The position numbers were made by a program, and so were the translations under genes. The notes beneath the pieces are model-generated. The model was given only the letters and a program-made list of their open reading frames with translations. It had not been told where the DNA came from and made no database searches. A DNA stretch of 64,000 bases from a virus (Duplodnaviria; Caudoviricetes). Shown piece after piece: positions 54,006 through 62,420 of the stretch. Position 1 is the first letter of the stretch, and the number at the start of each line of letters is the position of its first letter. The stretch is taken from the IMG/VR virus record IMGVR_UViG_3300028591_000171, positions 14,634 to 78,633 of that record. The stretch is one strand, 5' to 3'.

Positions 54006-54506
54006 TTATTCCTCCTTTCTTGCTTTTAATCCAAGTTCATAAAAGTGACGGGCAATTGACTTTCCAACAATATCATTTACGAGTTTTGAATACACCGGGT
54101 CTGACACGACAAACTCTGTATATTCCTTCTCCAAATCCACCTCTTGCTGCTCCTGCTTAACACTATTCACACCTGTCTGGAAGCATAATTCGCCGAACTC
54201 CTTTATTGCGTCATAACAATGTTGATATGGATGATTGAGCGCATCATATAGCACATCATAAGGCCCTTTTGAAAATATATCCTTTGTAAGCTGGTCTGCG
54301 TTTTTGATGTGTTGAATCCAATCTTCTACTGTGTGACAATCCGGCTGCTCCTGCTGGAGAGAGTCTACTATTTGTTCCGCTATAGTCAGCCCGTCAGCCA
54401 TAAATTGATATTGCATAAAGCAGAAGTTCTTTGACCTATCTGTAAATTCCTTATGCTTATTACTAAGCAACTCTTTTAGGCGTTCTGCGTCAATGTAGTT
54501 AGTCAT
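54006..54506 (-). CDS. Modular early protein (YIDA...LQQEQ family), paralog 1
   Basis: Start moved to 54506 (MTNYIDAERL); ends ARHFYELGLKARKEE. Confidence 0.7.
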   Translation of the reverse strand: MTNYIDAERLKELLSNKHKEFTDRSKNFCFMQYQFMADGLTIAEQIVDSLQQEQPDCHTVEDWIQHIKNADQLTKDIFSKGPYDVLYDALNHPYQHCYDAIKEFGELCFQTGVNSVKQEQQEVDLEKEYTEFVVSDPVYSKLVNDIVGKSIARHFYELGLKARKEE

Positions 54507-54798
54507 TGTACCCTCCGTACATTTTATTCCCAGTAATTTCAAAGTAGAGGTTTTCAAACTTTTGTTGTACCTCTTTGTCTATTCCGATTAGATTTCCACG
54601 AACTATTTTTGCGAATCTTTCAGAGACACTTTCTTGTTCCTGCTGGAGAGAAAGAACAAGTTGTTTAAAATCCATCAAAGCACTATAATATCCTACTGCT
54701 TGCTCTGAATTGTCAAGATAGTAGTTCCCTGTTTTGAACTCGTTTTCTATTTCTTTGATCTCAGCTTGAAGGCGATCTGCGTCAATGTATTTTCCCAT
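54499..54798 (-). CDS. Modular early protein (YIDA...LQQEQ family), paralog 2
   Basis: MGKYIDADRLQAEI...SLQQEQ. Confidence 0.7.
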   Translation of the reverse strand: MGKYIDADRLQAEIKEIENEFKTGNYYLDNSEQAVGYYSALMDFKQLVLSLQQEQESVSERFAKIVRGNLIGIDKEVQQKFENLYFEITGNKMYGGYND

Positions 54799-54810
54799 AT
54801 CTAAATATCT

Positions 54811-55005
54811 TTAACACATCCCATTTACTGGTAGCGCCTTGTCGGTTAATACTGCCTCTTCAATGCGTAAGCAGTGCTTGTAGTACTTACTTTGAATGTA
54901 AGATTCACACTCTTGCTTGTCTTTAGTCCAATAAGTCTCGGGAGTTGTCCGTTGATAGTTGTCATCACAAACAACACGGTATATCTTTTCAATGTTTACT
55001 TGCAT
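54811..55005 (-). CDS. Hypothetical protein
   Basis: 64-aa ORF in the minus-strand run. Confidence 0.6.
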   Translation of the reverse strand: MQVNIEKIYRVVCDDNYQRTTPETYWTKDKQECESYIQSKYYKHCLRIEEAVLTDKALPVNGMC

Positions 55006-55109
55006 ATCTGAATCAATAAAAAGGGTGCGAGAGATGAGAATTAATGAATTGACGAAAGTTCTTTCAAAGCTGAATCAGAGTTACCCCGCACCCTATGGTT
55101 ACATCAGTC

Positions 55110-55862
55110 TCATGTCTCTGACTTAAGTCTTTTCAGCGTATTCTCAAGTATGGAGATGGTCTGCTTCTTCATATTAGACTTCATAATGTCAAGAGTATTG
55201 GTTACTGCAACTGCCTGCACATCGTCTTTCCTCTCTGAGTTCATGTTGGATGCCGTGGCAATATATTTTGCAGCATTAACAAGAGCCTCAGGTTCAATAA
55301 TGCTATTGATGGCTCCAAGCACATCTTCGAATCCTTTGAATGAGACTTCACACCATCTGTATCCTATTGACCTGTAGACTTTGCCAGATGTGCCTTCATC
55401 CCAACTATCCATGACAACCTCTATATGTGAGATGGGTTCGCCATAGATATTATTCATGACGAAGCTGTCGCCGACGCTCCTGCCACTCCAGCAGAACTTC
55501 TCTCCCCACTGAGGGATGCTGAAACCGATTGATTCCATGTAATCTCTCACATAATGCATTACCTTGTACGGCTCTCTTGTTATGGGACAATATACATAAG
55601 ACGGAAAAGGCTTACTTTCGTTGTCCTTTTCAGCTTGTTCTAGCATTTTTGAAAAGGCGTTGTAAAGTTCTCCGTTGTACTTGTATTTGTAGGATTCTCC
55701 ATCCTTGATAAGATCAAATGAAGTAACGTAGTTGAGGCCATTGCGGAAGACATTGACTCTGCTGTCTTTGTCTGGAAGCAATGCTACGTCATACTCATCC
55801 ATCAGGGTCTTCAGCAAACTTTCTCTTTGGTAAATTGCTTTTACTGGTCTTCCTCGTTTCAT
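55110..55862 (-). CDS. Hypothetical protein
   Basis: 250-aa ORF with an AT-rich upstream region. Confidence 0.75.
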   Translation of the reverse strand: MKRGRPVKAIYQRESLLKTLMDEYDVALLPDKDSRVNVFRNGLNYVTSFDLIKDGESYKYKYNGELYNAFSKMLEQAEKDNESKPFPSYVYCPITREPYKVMHYVRDYMESIGFSIPQWGEKFCWSGRSVGDSFVMNNIYGEPISHIEVVMDSWDEGTSGKVYRSIGYRWCEVSFKGFEDVLGAINSIIEPEALVNAAKYIATASNMNSERKDDVQAVAVTNTLDIMKSNMKKQTISILENTLKRLKSET

Positions 55863-55894
55863 ATTTAGTTTGTTTTGAAAATGCTCCTATGGTT

Positions 55895-56500
55895 TTACAT
55901 CAGTTTCTCTAAGTCACGGTAGAGGAGTCTCAAGTTTGATTTTGTAGGACAGTTATTGGGGAAACTATTGTAGGCATGTTCAATTGCCTTCATCTGCTCC
56001 TCGCTGGGCTTCCAAGAAAGACGGAGGGATTTAATTCTATTGATAAACTCTCGTGATGCCTTGCAAAAATTCTCATCCATCCTCCAATCGTTTCTATCAA
56101 TAACATCAAGCCAAAAGTCTAATAGTTTTTCATCTTCCTCGCTCCACTCTTGCTTCTGCTCTTTCTGCTTTTCGTATGGCAAACAATAAATATCATGCAA
56201 AAGACTTATCCACTCAGACGGACAAGTCTCATCTTCAAGATATTCAATGATACGATGAAGGATGTATTCTTCCTCCTTTGTCAAAGGGCCTCGCTCTTTC
56301 TGCTTTTCGAGGTAGGCAAGAAATCTTCTTCTCTGGTCATCAGGTAGTATCAAATCTTCAAGGACCGCCACTAATTCTTTTCTTATCCTCTCGTCCTCGC
56401 TCTCTGCGAGTTCGGGGATAAGTGTTTCAAGGACTTCTCGTCCCCTCTCACTTGGAATAGCCCAAGACTTAATTTCTTTTATTGCTTCTTCTCTTGTCAT
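55895..56500 (-). CDS. Modular early protein (MTREEAI / ESEDERIRKEL / WSEEDEK / WKPSEEQM family)
   Basis: Start moved to 56500; internal 17-nt direct repeat bounds a 45-codon module. Confidence 0.75.
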   Translation of the reverse strand: MTREEAIKEIKSWAIPSERGREVLETLIPELAESEDERIRKELVAVLEDLILPDDQRRRFLAYLEKQKERGPLTKEEEYILHRIIEYLEDETCPSEWISLLHDIYCLPYEKQKEQKQEWSEEDEKLLDFWLDVIDRNDWRMDENFCKASREFINRIKSLRLSWKPSEEQMKAIEHAYNSFPNNCPTKSNLRLLYRDLEKLM

Positions 56501-56501
56501 A

Positions 56502-56675
56502 TTACTTATCTTTTTTATATTTCTTATGCAGAATAATTCCAAGTACACAAGTAAACCCAAACAAGCCTAAAAGAATCCATCCTCCTATTGGATTATTAAA
56601 TATGAAATTCAATATTGCACCGGTAAGGAATATTATTAAACTGTTTGAAAACATTGATATTACTGTACTGTCCAT
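56502..56675 (-). CDS. Small two-TM membrane protein
   Basis: Two hydrophobic segments and a KKYKKDK tail; unusually AT-rich. Start uncertain. Confidence 0.55.
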   Translation of the reverse strand: MDSTVISMFSNSLIIFLTGAILNFIFNNPIGGWILLGLFGFTCVLGIILHKKYKKDK

Positions 56676-56677
56676 AA

Positions 56678-57061
56678 TTAAATCAAATTTTCTAAACAAT
56701 ACTTTATTGCCGTTTCACATGCTTGTTCGTAAGTATCTCTTGGCATATAATCACTTGTTACAAGTTCATCAGTGTTCAAATTAATAATAGCTGTACCATA
56801 AACATTAATCGTGTTACATCCTCTTATATTTGTGTATGTTGAAGGAAATACACCGAGTTTATGCACTTCCCTCAGCCACTTCATCGCCATTTGGAGGGTT
56901 GGACGTTTAACCTGCCCAATTTTACCCCAGTTAGAGATTGAACGCTGTTCTACTTTGTGTGTTTTGCCGATCAATGAGTATGCAGTAGGACATGCCTCAT
57001 CAAACCCCTTTTCTTTCAGGAGTTTGGCTGTTTCAAAACTGACGTAATCTTCTGTAATCAT
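56678..57061 (-). CDS. Conserved Bacteroidales-phage early protein
   Basis: EDYVSFETAKLLKEKGF...RPTLQMAMKWLRE...TYEQACE. Confidence 0.75.
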   Translation of the reverse strand: MITEDYVSFETAKLLKEKGFDEACPTAYSLIGKTHKVEQRSISNWGKIGQVKRPTLQMAMKWLREVHKLGVFPSTYTNIRGCNTINVYGTAIINLNTDELVTSDYMPRDTYEQACETAIKYCLENLI

Positions 57062-57064
57062 ATC

Positions 57065-57475
57065 CTATTCTGTTTTATACATATCTTCAGGAGCTTCAAG
57101 AGCTAAACCCTTTTCAATGAGTTTGCGAAAATCAAAATGATGTTCTTTGAGATAATCAAAATACCAAATATGACGACCATTATCTCCAATCAGCTGTCCT
57201 TCTATTGAACGCAAATATGATTTGATTTCTAATTTTTCATCCTCAGTCATACTTGACATTGGACGAAGGTAAGGTTTAATGACTTGCTCATCAGTTTCAC
57301 TGTCATTGAAATAATCCCTCTTCAAAGGATTGATATTGATCCCGTATTCCGTGCCAAAGATAGTCTGATTTATAGAGCATAGATAGCCGTTCCCTTTCTC
57401 TGTGTGGCAGATTACACCATAAGGTAATCTTGCGGAGATGTCTTTAAGTAATAGTTGTTTTTCTTCCCGTGTCAT
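57065..57475 (-). CDS. Conserved early protein (LLLKDISARLPYGV; YopX-like neighbourhood)
   Basis: KQLLLKDISARLPYG, KPYLRPMSSMT, DFRKLIEKGLALEAPEDMY. Confidence 0.75.
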   Translation of the reverse strand: MTREEKQLLLKDISARLPYGVICHTEKGNGYLCSINQTIFGTEYGININPLKRDYFNDSETDEQVIKPYLRPMSSMTEDEKLEIKSYLRSIEGQLIGDNGRHIWYFDYLKEHHFDFRKLIEKGLALEAPEDMYKTE

Positions 57476-57476
57476 A

Positions 57477-57578
57477 TCAGTAACTACTTGTTATCTTGCA
57501 CCAGCCGTAGTCGGGCTTCACGCATTTTCCCTTGCTCCACCAGAAGCAGGAGAGGCAGAGGTTCTTGCCGTGTGTCAT
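57477..57578 (-). CDS. 33-aa Cys/Trp-rich peptide (not in the ORF track)
   Basis: Manual translation MTHGKNLCLSCFWWSKGKCVKPDYGWCKITSSY; ATGA-coupled. Confidence 0.5.
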   Translation of the reverse strand: MTHGKNLCLSCFWWSKGKCVKPDYGWCKITSSY

Positions 57579-57865
57579 CTCGTCTCCTTTTTAAGTTCAT
57601 AGACATAGCCGTCTTTGACTATCACGCAGTTATCATTATCAGAAAGCTCAACAACATTTGGTTTATGGATCTGCTCGACAACAGGTCCTCCGAAAACGCC
57701 AGAGCGGTGAACAACAAACGACAGGTCGTTGTTGGCCCTTGTGACACGGCAGCAATGCCTGACTATAGACTCGTAATAATTACGTGTCGCTATGCGGATG
57801 GTATTAAGCCGATATTTCGCAACCGGCTTACTCAACCAACCGAATATCTTTCCAGTCTTACTCAT
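57575..57865 (-). CDS. Hypothetical protein
   Basis: 96 aa, ATGA-coupled to the next gene. Confidence 0.65.
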   Translation of the reverse strand: MSKTGKIFGWLSKPVAKYRLNTIRIATRNYYESIVRHCCRVTRANNDLSFVVHRSGVFGGPVVEQIHKPNVVELSDNDNCVIVKDGYVYELKKETR

Positions 57866-58190
57866 TGATTACGGATTGCAGGTTAACTTTCTGCAGGGTC
57901 AACACATACAATTCGTTGTCCTTGATCCTGTAGCCGAGATTGTACAGATGCTTTATCATATCCCTCGGCTGGAAATCATTTAAGGTCTTCTCTTTTTGAG
58001 GGGCAACCGGTTTAATTTCCTTTGCTTCAACTTCATGAGAGTTGGCGATGGTGTTCATTCTTGAGAATCTGGCTGTTATCGTCCCCTTAGGGATTCCCGT
58101 AAGCTCGGATATCTTACCGTATGTGTAACCCTCTTTCTTGAGCTTGACGATCTCAGACATCTCTTGTTTGTAATTCGGTCTTCTGTGCAT
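57858..58190 (-). CDS. HTH DNA-binding protein
   Basis: IVKLKKEGYTYGKISELTGIPKGTITARF. Confidence 0.65.
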   Translation of the reverse strand: MHRRPNYKQEMSEIVKLKKEGYTYGKISELTGIPKGTITARFSRMNTIANSHEVEAKEIKPVAPQKEKTLNDFQPRDMIKHLYNLGYRIKDNELYVLTLQKVNLQSVINE

Positions 58191-58224
58191 AATGCTTCAT
58201 ATATTAATTTGATATTTTCTTAGC

Positions 58225-58313
58225 TCCCTCCCGGGGAATCGAACCCGATAGCTAATAATGGCGAAAATAGCGTGAAATATGCGTTTACTTGTGCCCCTGC
58301 GGCGCGGGAGGGA
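58225..58313 (-). ncRNA. tRNA-like structured intergenic element (acceptor-like stem plus T-loop, no clear anticodon arm)
   Basis: tccctcccg / cgggaggga 9-bp closing stem with GGGTTCGATTCCC next to the 3' strand. Confidence 0.35.
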
Positions 58314-58329
58314 TTCCGCATCACTGCGG

Positions 58330-58695
58330 CTATATCTCTATCAGCTTGAACTCGATTCTCGGATTAACCTTGGCGAGAAACTTGTCAGCGACTATTTTGA
58401 CGCAACGATTGTCATTCTTTATCGTCTTCGTGTGCTGGAGGCAATCTAGTATGATTTTCAGTGAGTTGTCGAGGTCGTGAGACATCGAGGTGAAATATAC
58501 CCTGAGATGCAACTCGAAATAACCCGTTATCATCATACCCCTGTATTTGCCGACCTGCATATAGAACGAGTCCTCATAAGCTCTCAAGCCAGTAGTCTTG
58601 CCTAATGAGCTGTGACCTCCTATCTTGATTATCCTGTAGGAATTGGATTTGGATGGACATTGTCCGAATATCGTCTGCCAATCGTGCTCAACCAT
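58330..58695 (-). CDS. RusA-like Holliday junction resolvase
   Basis: GQCPSKSNSY, FELHLRVYF, HDLDNSLKIILDCLQ, IKNDNRC, NPRIEF. Confidence 0.7.
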   Translation of the reverse strand: MVEHDWQTIFGQCPSKSNSYRIIKIGGHSSLGKTTGLRAYEDSFYMQVGKYRGMMITGYFELHLRVYFTSMSHDLDNSLKIILDCLQHTKTIKNDNRCVKIVADKFLAKVNPRIEFKLIEI

Positions 58696-58698
58696 TTG

Positions 58699-59142
58699 TT
58701 ATTTTCTCTTTAACGTTAACGTCTTTTTCCTGTAGTCTATCTTCGCGCCGTTGGCCTTGAGAAAATCACTGCCGATGACGACTGATACGTTGATATGCTT
58801 GCCGTATCTCTCCATTATGCTTTCGGACACGACTGACAAGTCAGACAGGATGCCCTCAACCTCTACATCATTATCGGCGTCCATGTTATCCCTTATGGTC
58901 AGGATGGCGTCGGCAGTCATTACCCTGCGCTCGCATGTCTCGCCGCTCAGACCTATAAGACTCATCTTATAGTCTGTCGGGGTTATCGTCAGGTTGCCGT
59001 CGGACTTCAGGTTCTGGTCGAACAATGTGGACTCCGAACCGGTATCGACAAGCGCATAATACATGTGGTCACCGTCAATCCTGAAACTTATGAGAGGAAT
59101 CCTTGAGCTTTCCTCCGCAAATGGTATGTGTATCTTACGCAT
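58699..59142 (-). CDS. Retropepsin-like aspartic protease
   Basis: ALVDTGSESTL catalytic motif and VVIGSDFL (G-x-D-FL) closing motif. Start moved to 59142. Confidence 0.8.
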   Translation of the reverse strand: MRKIHIPFAEESSRIPLISFRIDGDHMYYALVDTGSESTLFDQNLKSDGNLTITPTDYKMSLIGLSGETCERRVMTADAILTIRDNMDADNDVEVEGILSDLSVVSESIMERYGKHINVSVVIGSDFLKANGAKIDYRKKTLTLKRK

Positions 59143-60097
59143 CTTTCCATTCCCTTCTTTTAAGTTGGACAATACCTCCGAAAAACATCTCCATATCTCC
59201 CACACTGATGCCTTTTTCCACAAGCTTGTAATTAAGGTTGCTGAACGAGACATATTTTGTCCCGTCAATATCGAGTATGAGCTCTATCGTGTCTCCGAGC
59301 ATTTTGAAATCATTATCAGTATATTCGGTCACATCGATATTGAAGAATTGCTCAGTGACCTTGTTTCTCTCCGCTTTATGTCTTCTCACGAAATTAGAGC
59401 ATCTGGCGTAGACACTGGCGTATTCGATGACCTTTCTCACGCTGTTGGGATACTCTCTCCAGTTGGTCTGGTTAATTGCCTGGAGCTGGAGCTTGAATTT
59501 CTCTATGTTCTCACGTGATCGTGGCTGTGTCCCGAGCCTGTACAGCAGAAACAACGCGTCAGGGGTGAGCTGGTTGCCGGATTTTATCGACAGTCTTTTG
59601 TAGCTCACGCATGGCTTGGCGCTGCGTTTCTCAAGCAACATCTCCCACGCGTTATTTGATATGAGATCAAGCCGCATGTGGCCTGTCTTCACGACATAAC
59701 CGTCATTGGGATTGGATGAAGGCATGCTAAATGAGTCGCTGATCACTATACGTTTGAGCGTGTCTGATATATATAGCCTTGTCACATAAAGACTGTTGCA
59801 AGAGGAAAACTCAGGGAACACGTTGAAATCGCCAGAGTCAAAATCCCTCTTTATCCTGTAATTCTTCCTGATATCGTCATTTGGTATTGGACATCCTGGA
59901 ACAACATGCACTTTTGCGCCGTCTGTGACAGGCACATTATCGAATAAAAGTCCGTTGTTCAAACCGTTGATGAAATCACTATTACAGGCTATATTATATT
60001 TGTTTATAAGTGACATGGCGTATGATGTGCTTCTATTATCAGCCAAGACATCATACCCGAAATACTCTTTTCCGTCTATTATGAGATATCCTTTCAT
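59135..60097 (-). CDS. Hypothetical protein, distant paralog of 61377..62420
   Basis: KVHVVPGCPIPNDDIRKNYRIKRDFDSGDFNVFP aligns with KIFISSKCRMPRDLARKSYQITLSKDKADYIVVP. Confidence 0.75.
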   Translation of the reverse strand: MKGYLIIDGKEYFGYDVLADNRSTSYAMSLINKYNIACNSDFINGLNNGLLFDNVPVTDGAKVHVVPGCPIPNDDIRKNYRIKRDFDSGDFNVFPEFSSCNSLYVTRLYISDTLKRIVISDSFSMPSSNPNDGYVVKTGHMRLDLISNNAWEMLLEKRSAKPCVSYKRLSIKSGNQLTPDALFLLYRLGTQPRSRENIEKFKLQLQAINQTNWREYPNSVRKVIEYASVYARCSNFVRRHKAERNKVTEQFFNIDVTEYTDNDFKMLGDTIELILDIDGTKYVSFSNLNYKLVEKGISVGDMEMFFGGIVQLKRREWKDA

Positions 60098-61137
60098 TTG
60101 CTTAACAATGATATAAGGTCATTTGGCTCCTCAAGCGAGATATATGACGGGACTTTCGACTGTCTCTCCTCGTAATCCAGGATCTCGTCCAGAAGTTCCA
60201 TCCAGCCCTTGTATTTGTATTCCTTCCCGTCCCTGGTGAACGAGAATCCGTCTTTCGGGTCATAGACATAAGTCACAGGAACCTTGTCTGACCTGCTGAT
60301 ATCGGCGAAGATATACGGCAGAATATCATATTGCCTGTAGTCAGGATCTTTGTCGAGAACCAAGTTGATGATGTCGGTGTATAGCTCAGCCTGAAGATCG
60401 TAGCGGAACTTTATGAAATTGTCCTTGAACTGCCAACCGGGAACAGAACTGGTCTTGAGGTCAACTGGCTGCACGGTCATGTTGTTGTGGTCCACGATAA
60501 GCAGGTCAGGCATTATCTTCACGTTCACCTCACGCTCCGAGTTGAGCATGACGCTCTCAACGAACTGAGCCTGATAAATATACTCCACACCATCATTCTC
60601 TCCCTTACGGAAGATGTTATGAGTGTTATAGCTTGTCCACAACACCCTCGCCATCTCCAGCGCGTCCTCGAAATCAGTCTTTGACACGACCTTCTTGCCG
60701 GTCCTGCGCAGGTCATAGTAATCCTTGTTCTCGCACAGCTTCGCCAGTCTCGTGTCGTCCTTCTTATACTTTGAGCAGAACGTGTCACATCGGCTTATGG
60801 CGTCGAAAATAAAACCGTGATTGATGTCGTCAAAACAACTGCCTCCAACGCCCATCGAGAGGAGCTTGTCAAACACCTCCCTCTCAGCGGGAGGACAGGT
60901 TGCCCCCGTCTCGTCAATGACATACTCGTCATCGAACTCCTTGCGGCTCTTGGTCATGATTGTGTCGACGAGACTGCCGAACTCCATCGAGGGGGTGGGG
61001 ATGGTAGGCTCATGCAGGGTGGCTATAGAGCCGAATCCGTCCTTGGCGTACTTGGCTATCAACGAGTATGACCATGCCGGATAGGCGTGATACTCCTTCT
61101 CGGGAAGGCCCATTGAATATTCTTTTAGTGAGTTCAT
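60094..61137 (-). CDS. PD-(D/E)XK exonuclease-like protein (RecE/exonuclease VIII-like)
   Basis: EYHAYPAWSYS, SMEFGSLVD, KIMPDLLIVDH...PVDLKTS, FRYDLQAELY. Confidence 0.75.
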   Translation of the reverse strand: MNSLKEYSMGLPEKEYHAYPAWSYSLIAKYAKDGFGSIATLHEPTIPTPSMEFGSLVDTIMTKSRKEFDDEYVIDETGATCPPAEREVFDKLLSMGVGGSCFDDINHGFIFDAISRCDTFCSKYKKDDTRLAKLCENKDYYDLRRTGKKVVSKTDFEDALEMARVLWTSYNTHNIFRKGENDGVEYIYQAQFVESVMLNSEREVNVKIMPDLLIVDHNNMTVQPVDLKTSSVPGWQFKDNFIKFRYDLQAELYTDIINLVLDKDPDYRQYDILPYIFADISRSDKVPVTYVYDPKDGFSFTRDGKEYKYKGWMELLDEILDYEERQSKVPSYISLEEPNDLISLLSK

Positions 61138-61157
61138 GTCTTATGGTTTAAAAAGAA

Positions 61158-61279
61158 AGGGAGGGCAGTAAGCAAAACGATTATGATTAGCAAGAATTTA
61201 TTGTATTAACAACCGATCATGGCACTAGAAAAAAAGCAAAAACATAGCCCGTTACCGACTCACGTCGGGTGCCCTCCCT
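61158..61279 (-). ncRNA. Candidate structured leader RNA / attenuator
   Basis: 10-bp stem agggagggca/tgccctccct enclosing ~100 nt with a GTGA-capped hairpin (61255-61268), followed by a U-rich tract on the minus strand. Confidence 0.4.
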
Positions 61280-61336
61280 ATAATATTTATCAACATTAAC
61301 ATCTTCGCCACAAATGCCGTATCTCATTGACACACA

Positions 61337-61359
61337 ACAAATGTAACAAAAATGTTACA
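61337..61359 (-). promoter_or_regulatory. Bacteroidota promoter element (TACATTTG) overlapped by a 7-bp inverted repeat
   Basis: -7 element at 61338-61345; tgtaaca-aaaa-tgttaca at 61342-61359; 20/23 identity with 42888-42910. Confidence 0.55.
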
Positions 61360-61376
61360 ATAATGCAAGAGAATTA

Positions 61377-62420
61377 TCAACAATTTTGGATATCTCTGAA
61401 AGTAATAGGCTTGTCAATCTTCTTGGGAGCCACGGCGAGCTTCCTCCTGAAAAGGTCGGCGAAATTGCTATATTTACTTGAGCTCAAGTCTGCGAATCCG
61501 CCTGACTCGCTGACACCGAAATTGAACATCAGCCAGTCGGAAAGCATCTTCCAGTCATCGACAGACACAAGCCTGTCATTAAATTCATATAAATCCATCT
61601 GTCTCGGTACATCTATACCTATGGATCTGAGGAACCATTTGGTCTGCTCGGAATATGACCAGAAATAACCTTCAACCTTAAGGAATATATATGTCGTAAG
61701 CGGATAGTTCCCTGCGTCACTGTTGATGAGCGATTTCTCAAACATGTTGAAATCAGACGCGGCCATTCTTCTCCACATGTCAAGCGTCTGCGTGCTGACC
61801 TTGTTGTCAGGAATAAGCGGAAGCTTGTTGTCCGACACATAATTCCTCTGGTCTCCGTCAAGTATCTCGACATACTCATCAATGTTAGGTATGAACCATA
61901 CTGGCCTCGCGTTGCTCCCGCTCATCAACACAACGTCGCTGTTATCGAGGCAATCGTCCAAGACAAGCTTTATCGCACTATCGCCAGGAGACTCGAGCAT
62001 CCTCAAGTCGTTGTATGTTATGAGATATATATTGTCTGTGGCGGATTTCACTATGATGTTCGCGTAACGGACCGGGATCTTCTTCACACGAGGCACGACT
62101 ATATAGTCAGCCTTATCCTTCGAGAGTGTTATCTGATAGGATTTCCTGGCCAGGTCCCTCGGCATCCTGCACTTGCTTGAGATGAATATCTTCTTGCCGA
62201 GCTCAATCTTGTCGTGGAATATCCCGCCCCAAAGATCAGTCCTGCTCTTCAGCTCGTCGACAGGATCGCAGTAATTCGGCATAACGCAGATATGACCCGA
62301 GTTCCTTATCTCGCGTTCCGTATAATACGTGTCACGCCTGTCAACCCTGTTACCGGGGAGGACGTCATAATGGTAGAAATAAACTTTGTTGAATCTCTCT
62401 AATATCTCAGCTTTCATCAC
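61377..62420 (-). CDS. Hypothetical protein, distant paralog of 59135..60097
   Basis: 347 aa directly downstream of the AAA ATPase gene. Confidence 0.75.
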   Translation of the reverse strand: MMKAEILERFNKVYFYHYDVLPGNRVDRRDTYYTEREIRNSGHICVMPNYCDPVDELKSRTDLWGGIFHDKIELGKKIFISSKCRMPRDLARKSYQITLSKDKADYIVVPRVKKIPVRYANIIVKSATDNIYLITYNDLRMLESPGDSAIKLVLDDCLDNSDVVLMSGSNARPVWFIPNIDEYVEILDGDQRNYVSDNKLPLIPDNKVSTQTLDMWRRMAASDFNMFEKSLINSDAGNYPLTTYIFLKVEGYFWSYSEQTKWFLRSIGIDVPRQMDLYEFNDRLVSVDDWKMLSDWLMFNFGVSESGGFADLSSSKYSNFADLFRRKLAVAPKKIDKPITFRDIQNC

